Origin: a bacterium
GTDB taxonomy: Bacteria; Eisenbacteria; RBG-16-71-46
Direction of reading: 5' to 3'
NCBI GenBank assembly: GCA_043779265.1
Contig: JAYWEM010000180.1
Coordinates: 1-32,267, forward strand
Length of the DNA: 32,267 nt
The translations under genes were made by a program, and so were the position numbers. Positions 28,802 to 32,267 of this stretch are shown in pieces; positions within the stretch are counted from its first letter, which is position 1, and every line of letters starts with the position of its first letter. Below the pieces are notes generated by a model. That model had not been told where the DNA came from, did not search any database, and saw only the letters and a list, made by a program, of their open reading frames with translations.

Positions 28802-29124
28802 CCGATGCGCCCGCGTTCTTACCGGAGGATCAGGCCCTACTCGAGCGCCTCGCGGACCGCGTCGTCGAGTTGCGCATCGAGACGGCGGCGATCCTGACGC
28901 TCGAGACCGCCAAGCCGATGTCGTTCCTCGCCTCGCAGGCGATGGTCTTCTTCGAACCGATCGTGCAGTCGCTGTTCCGATTCACCGACTACCAGCGACT
29001 CTCGCGCCTGCTCGAACGGCGTGACACGCTCGAGTCGCTCACTCAGCTCATCGAGGTCCGCGCCGAGGCACGCCACCGTGCTCGTCGAACCCCGGCAGCC
29101 TCCGACCGACAGGAACCCCAGTGA
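28798..29124 (+). CDS. Small helical hypothetical protein
   Basis: 108 aa with GGAG RBS; ATGA and GTGA overlaps on both sides; amphipathic sequence LLERLADRVVELRIETAAILTLETAKPMSFLASQ. Confidence 0.8.
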   Translation: MTDAPAFLPEDQALLERLADRVVELRIETAAILTLETAKPMSFLASQAMVFFEPIVQSLFRFTDYQRLSRLLERRDTLESLTQLIEVRAEARHRARRTPAASDRQEPQ

Positions 29125-30956
29125 ACCCCGAGATCATCCCGAAGAACATCCGCTCGATCCTCGCGACCGACTGCGGGTCGACGACCACGAAGGCCGTGCT
29201 CATCGAGCGGCGTGAGGAGGGTTTCCGCCTCGTCACCCGTGGGGAGGCCCCGACGACCGTGGAGGCGCCCTTCGAGGACGTGACGCGAGGCGTGTTGAAC
29301 GCGGTGAAGGAGGTCGAGGAACTCCGCGGCCGTCGGCTGCTCGACGGCGAACGCATCCTGACGCCGCAGCAGGGCGAGGACGGCGTCGACCTTTACTTGT
29401 CGACATCGAGCGCGGGCGGCGGCCTCCAGATGATGGTCTCGGGCCTGGTCATGCAGATGACCGGCGAGAGCGCGCAGCGAGCTGCGCTCGGCGCGGGCGC
29501 CATCGTGATGGATGTCATGGCGCTCAACGACGGGCGTAAAGATCACCAGAAGATCCAGCGCATGCGCCAACTGCGCCCCGACATGATCCTGATCTCGGGT
29601 GGCACCGACGGTGGCGACGTGAAGCGAGTCTGCGAGATGGCCGAGCTCCTCGCCGCCGCGGACCCCAAGGCCCGGCTCGGAGCGGGCTACGAGCTTCCGG
29701 TGATCTTCGCCGGCAACAAGGATGCGGCGCCGTTCGTCGTCGACCTGCTCGCCAAGAAAACGGCGCTTCTCGTGGTCCCGAACCTGCGGCCCAAGCTGGA
29801 ACAGGAGAACCTCCAGCCCGCTCGCGACGCGATCCATGACCTGTTCATGGAGCACGTCATGGCGCACGCGCCCGGATACAAGAAGCTCATGACGTGGACG
29901 CCCGTGCCGATCATGCCGACACCAGGTGCCGTCGGGCTCATCATCGAGAAGGTCGCCAAGCGAGATGGTATCGCCGTCGTCGGTGTGGATATCGGCGGGG
30001 CGACGACCGACGTGTTCTCGGTCTTCCGTGTGCCGGAGAACGAGGAGACCGTGTTCAACCGCACGGTCTCGGCCAACCTCGGCATGAGCTACTCGGTCTC
30101 CAATGTCATGGCGGAAGCCGGCATCGAGAACATCCTCCGCTGGGTGCCGTTCCCGGTCGACGAGGTCGAGCTTCGCAATCGGATCAAGAACAAGATGATC
30201 CGGCCCACGACGATCCCGCAGACACTCGACGATCTCGTGATCGAGCAGGCGATCTGCCGAGAGGCGCTCCGCCTCTCGTTCGAGCAGCACAAGTCGCTGG
30301 CCGTGGGACTCAAGGGCAAGCAGACGGCACGCGACATCTCCGACACGTTCGATCAATCGGCGTCGGGCTCGACGCTCGTCAACCTGCTCGACTTGGGGCT
30401 ACTGGTCGGCTCCGGCGGCGTGCTCTCGCACGCGCCGCGCCGCGCTCAGTCCGCACTCATGATGGTGGATGCGTTCCTGCCCGAGGGCATCACCGAACTG
30501 GCCGTGGACAGCATCTTCATGACGCCGCAGCTCGGCGTGCTCTCGACCGTGCATGAGGAGGCTGCGACGCAGGTGTTCGAGCGCGACTGCCTCATCCTAC
30601 TGGGTCCGTGCGTCGCGCCGATCGGTGCAGGTAAGCCAGGTCAGCGTTGTGTGTCGGTGGAGGTGAAGCTCCCCGACGGCAAGACGGAGACTCGAGAGGT
30701 CCCCTTCGGCGAACTCGTCCTGTTGCCCATCCCGGCGGAAGGGCGCCTGCAACTGACCGTGACGCCCGACCGCTCGTTCGACATGGGAGCCGGCAAAGGC
30801 AAGCCCGTCTCGCGCGACGTGCGCGGCGGGGTTGTGGGACTGATGATCGACACGCGCGGCCGTCAGCCGTTCGTGCTGCCGACCGACTCGAGCAAGCGGA
30901 TCGATCGCCTGCGCGCCTGGAACCGTGCGCTCTCGTTGTATCCGCGGGAGGTGTGA
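29121..30956 (+). CDS. GlmL/MutL-like (glutamate mutase L family) ASKHA-fold ATPase
   Basis: Phosphate-1 ATDCGSTTTKA, SSAGGGL, PDMILISGGTDGG, IFAGNK, IMPTPGAV, phosphate-2 VDIGGATTDVFS, adenosine motif VGSGGVLSH, all characteristic of GlmL. It has a C-terminal extension. Confidence 0.85.
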   Translation: MNPEIIPKNIRSILATDCGSTTTKAVLIERREEGFRLVTRGEAPTTVEAPFEDVTRGVLNAVKEVEELRGRRLLDGERILTPQQGEDGVDLYLSTSSAGGGLQMMVSGLVMQMTGESAQRAALGAGAIVMDVMALNDGRKDHQKIQRMRQLRPDMILISGGTDGGDVKRVCEMAELLAAADPKARLGAGYELPVIFAGNKDAAPFVVDLLAKKTALLVVPNLRPKLEQENLQPARDAIHDLFMEHVMAHAPGYKKLMTWTPVPIMPTPGAVGLIIEKVAKRDGIAVVGVDIGGATTDVFSVFRVPENEETVFNRTVSANLGMSYSVSNVMAEAGIENILRWVPFPVDEVELRNRIKNKMIRPTTIPQTLDDLVIEQAICREALRLSFEQHKSLAVGLKGKQTARDISDTFDQSASGSTLVNLLDLGLLVGSGGVLSHAPRRAQSALMMVDAFLPEGITELAVDSIFMTPQLGVLSTVHEEAATQVFERDCLILLGPCVAPIGAGKPGQRCVSVEVKLPDGKTETREVPFGELVLLPIPAEGRLQLTVTPDRSFDMGAGKGKPVSRDVRGGVVGLMIDTRGRQPFVLPTDSSKRIDRLRAWNRALSLYPREV

Positions 30957-30957
30957 C

Positions 30958-32082
30958 ATGGCGCATTCCTACACGCCGGGGTTGAGGGTCACGTCTCACG
31001 CTCTCGTCCGCCGCGAACGTCGTCTTCCGCTCAAGGGCGAGGTGCTGGTCCAGGCCGGCGCTCAAGTCGAGCCGGACACCGTCGTCGCCAGGACGCAGCT
31101 GCCCGGCAACGTCCAGACGGTGAACGTCGCAGCGAAGTTGTCCGTGGATCCGGCCAAGTCGGCCGAGACGCTGCTGCACCCGCTCGGAACGCTGGTCAAG
31201 AAGGGACAGCCGATCGCGAGTGCCAAGAGCCTGTTCGGACTGATGAAGAGCCAGATCGAGTCACCCGCCGATGGCACGATCGAGAGTGTCTCCTCGGTGA
31301 CCGGCCAGCTCATCCTGCGTGAGCCGCCCATCCCCGTCGAAGTGCAAGCCTATGTGCGAGGTCGCATTTCCGAGGTGCTGGCGGGCGAGGGCGTCGTCGT
31401 CGAGTCGCAGGGTGCCCTGATGCAGGGCATCTTCGGCGTCGGGGGCGAGACCTTCGGCCCGATCGCCGTTGCGGTGAGCCGCGCGGATGAGGTGCTGGGG
31501 CCCTCGCATCTCAAGCCGGAGCATCGCGGTGCCGTGGTGGTGGGCGGCGCGTACGTCGCGCATGACACGCTCATGCGAGCCAAGGAGATCGGGGTCGCGG
31601 CCGTCGTGGTCGGTGGATTCGATGATCACGACCTCAAGCGACTGCTCGGCAAGGACCTGGGCGTCGCGATCACCGGGCAGGAGGACCTCGGCTTCACGCT
31701 GGTGCTGACCGAGGGCTTCGGTCACATCCCGATGGCCGATCGGACGTTCCGCATGCTGCAGGACCATGTCGGTCACGTGGCCTCCGTGAGTGGCGCGACT
31801 CAGATCCGCGCCGGCGTGATGAGGCCGGAGATCCTGATCCCGCGCGATGATGCCGGCGCTGCCAGGCCGAGCGAGGACTCCGAAGGCGGTCTCGAGATCG
31901 GAGCACTGATCCGCGTGATCCGTCAGCCTTACTTCGGTCGCCTCGGCAAGGTAGTCGAGCTGCCGCCCGAGCTGCAGGCGCTCGACAGCGAGGCCCGTGT
32001 GCGCGTGCTGCGCGTCGCGTTCGAGGGCTCACAGGAGTCCGTGCTGGTGCCTCGCGCCAACATCGAGCGGATCGCCGATTGA
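30958..32082 (+). CDS. Hypothetical protein with barrel-sandwich hybrid motifs and a C-terminal KOW-like motif
   Basis: GGAGG RBS, ATG 1 nt after the glmL-like stop; GEVLVQAGAQV and GTLVKKGQPIA...IESPADGTIESV (hybrid motif); C-terminal LEIGALIRVIRQPYFGRLGKVV (KOW-like). Confidence 0.8.
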   Translation: MAHSYTPGLRVTSHALVRRERRLPLKGEVLVQAGAQVEPDTVVARTQLPGNVQTVNVAAKLSVDPAKSAETLLHPLGTLVKKGQPIASAKSLFGLMKSQIESPADGTIESVSSVTGQLILREPPIPVEVQAYVRGRISEVLAGEGVVVESQGALMQGIFGVGGETFGPIAVAVSRADEVLGPSHLKPEHRGAVVVGGAYVAHDTLMRAKEIGVAAVVVGGFDDHDLKRLLGKDLGVAITGQEDLGFTLVLTEGFGHIPMADRTFRMLQDHVGHVASVSGATQIRAGVMRPEILIPRDDAGAARPSEDSEGGLEIGALIRVIRQPYFGRLGKVVELPPELQALDSEARVRVLRVAFEGSQESVLVPRANIERIAD

Positions 32083-32267
32083 GTCGATGGCTGTGGCCCT
32101 GTTCGGGCCGCGGCCAGTTCCACGAGAGCTGCGACTGTGACTTCCGTGGCCGTTCTCGGCCGTCTGACACCCGTCAAGCCATTTGAGAAGGTAACCCTGC
32201 TGGGTATCGTCAAGCCGTTTGCGATGTCACCCGGTTCTGGCGGTCTTCTGGCGCCCGACCTCGTAGA

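Noticed and set aside
29121..30956. DNA mismatch repair MutL, suggested by the family name and the nearby uvrA
   Set aside because: The motifs are ASKHA (actin/Hsp70-like), not GHKL. This is the unrelated glutamate mutase L family.
32172..32226. CRISPR array at the window end
   Set aside because: Only two short imperfect copies with a 17-nt gap, and no cas genes.

Overview
High-GC bacterial chromosomal window from a diderm organism. Gene order and the ExbB/ExbD/TonB/PstS-like/TPR synteny suggest the FCB neighbourhood, for example a Candidatus Eisenbacteria-like lineage; this is inference only. It is gene-dense core or near-core DNA with no recognisable rRNA, tRNA, CRISPR array, transposase or phage gene. 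Layout: (1) the C-terminus of a probable GmhB-like HAD phosphatase; (2) a minus-strand pair, a multi-TM TPR/Zn-finger protein and a DUF4388 protein with a pseudopilin-like tail; (3) asnS; (4) a PstS-like lipoprotein, TPR protein, two STAS proteins, exbB, two exbD, tonB and a second tonB; (5) a Yip1-TolC-MacA-ATPase exporter with four MacB permeases in an A-B-A-B pattern; (6) uvrA, tdh, kbl, gcvT, gcvH; (7) a tightly coupled four-gene module of unknown function around an orphan GlmL-like ASKHA ATPase and a barrel-sandwich/KOW protein. The best candidates for an undescribed system are module 7, which sits where gcvP would normally be, the STAS/ECF-associated receptor-less Ton motor locus, and the YknWXYZ-like four-permease exporter. 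All calls come from reading motifs by eye; no database searches were run.
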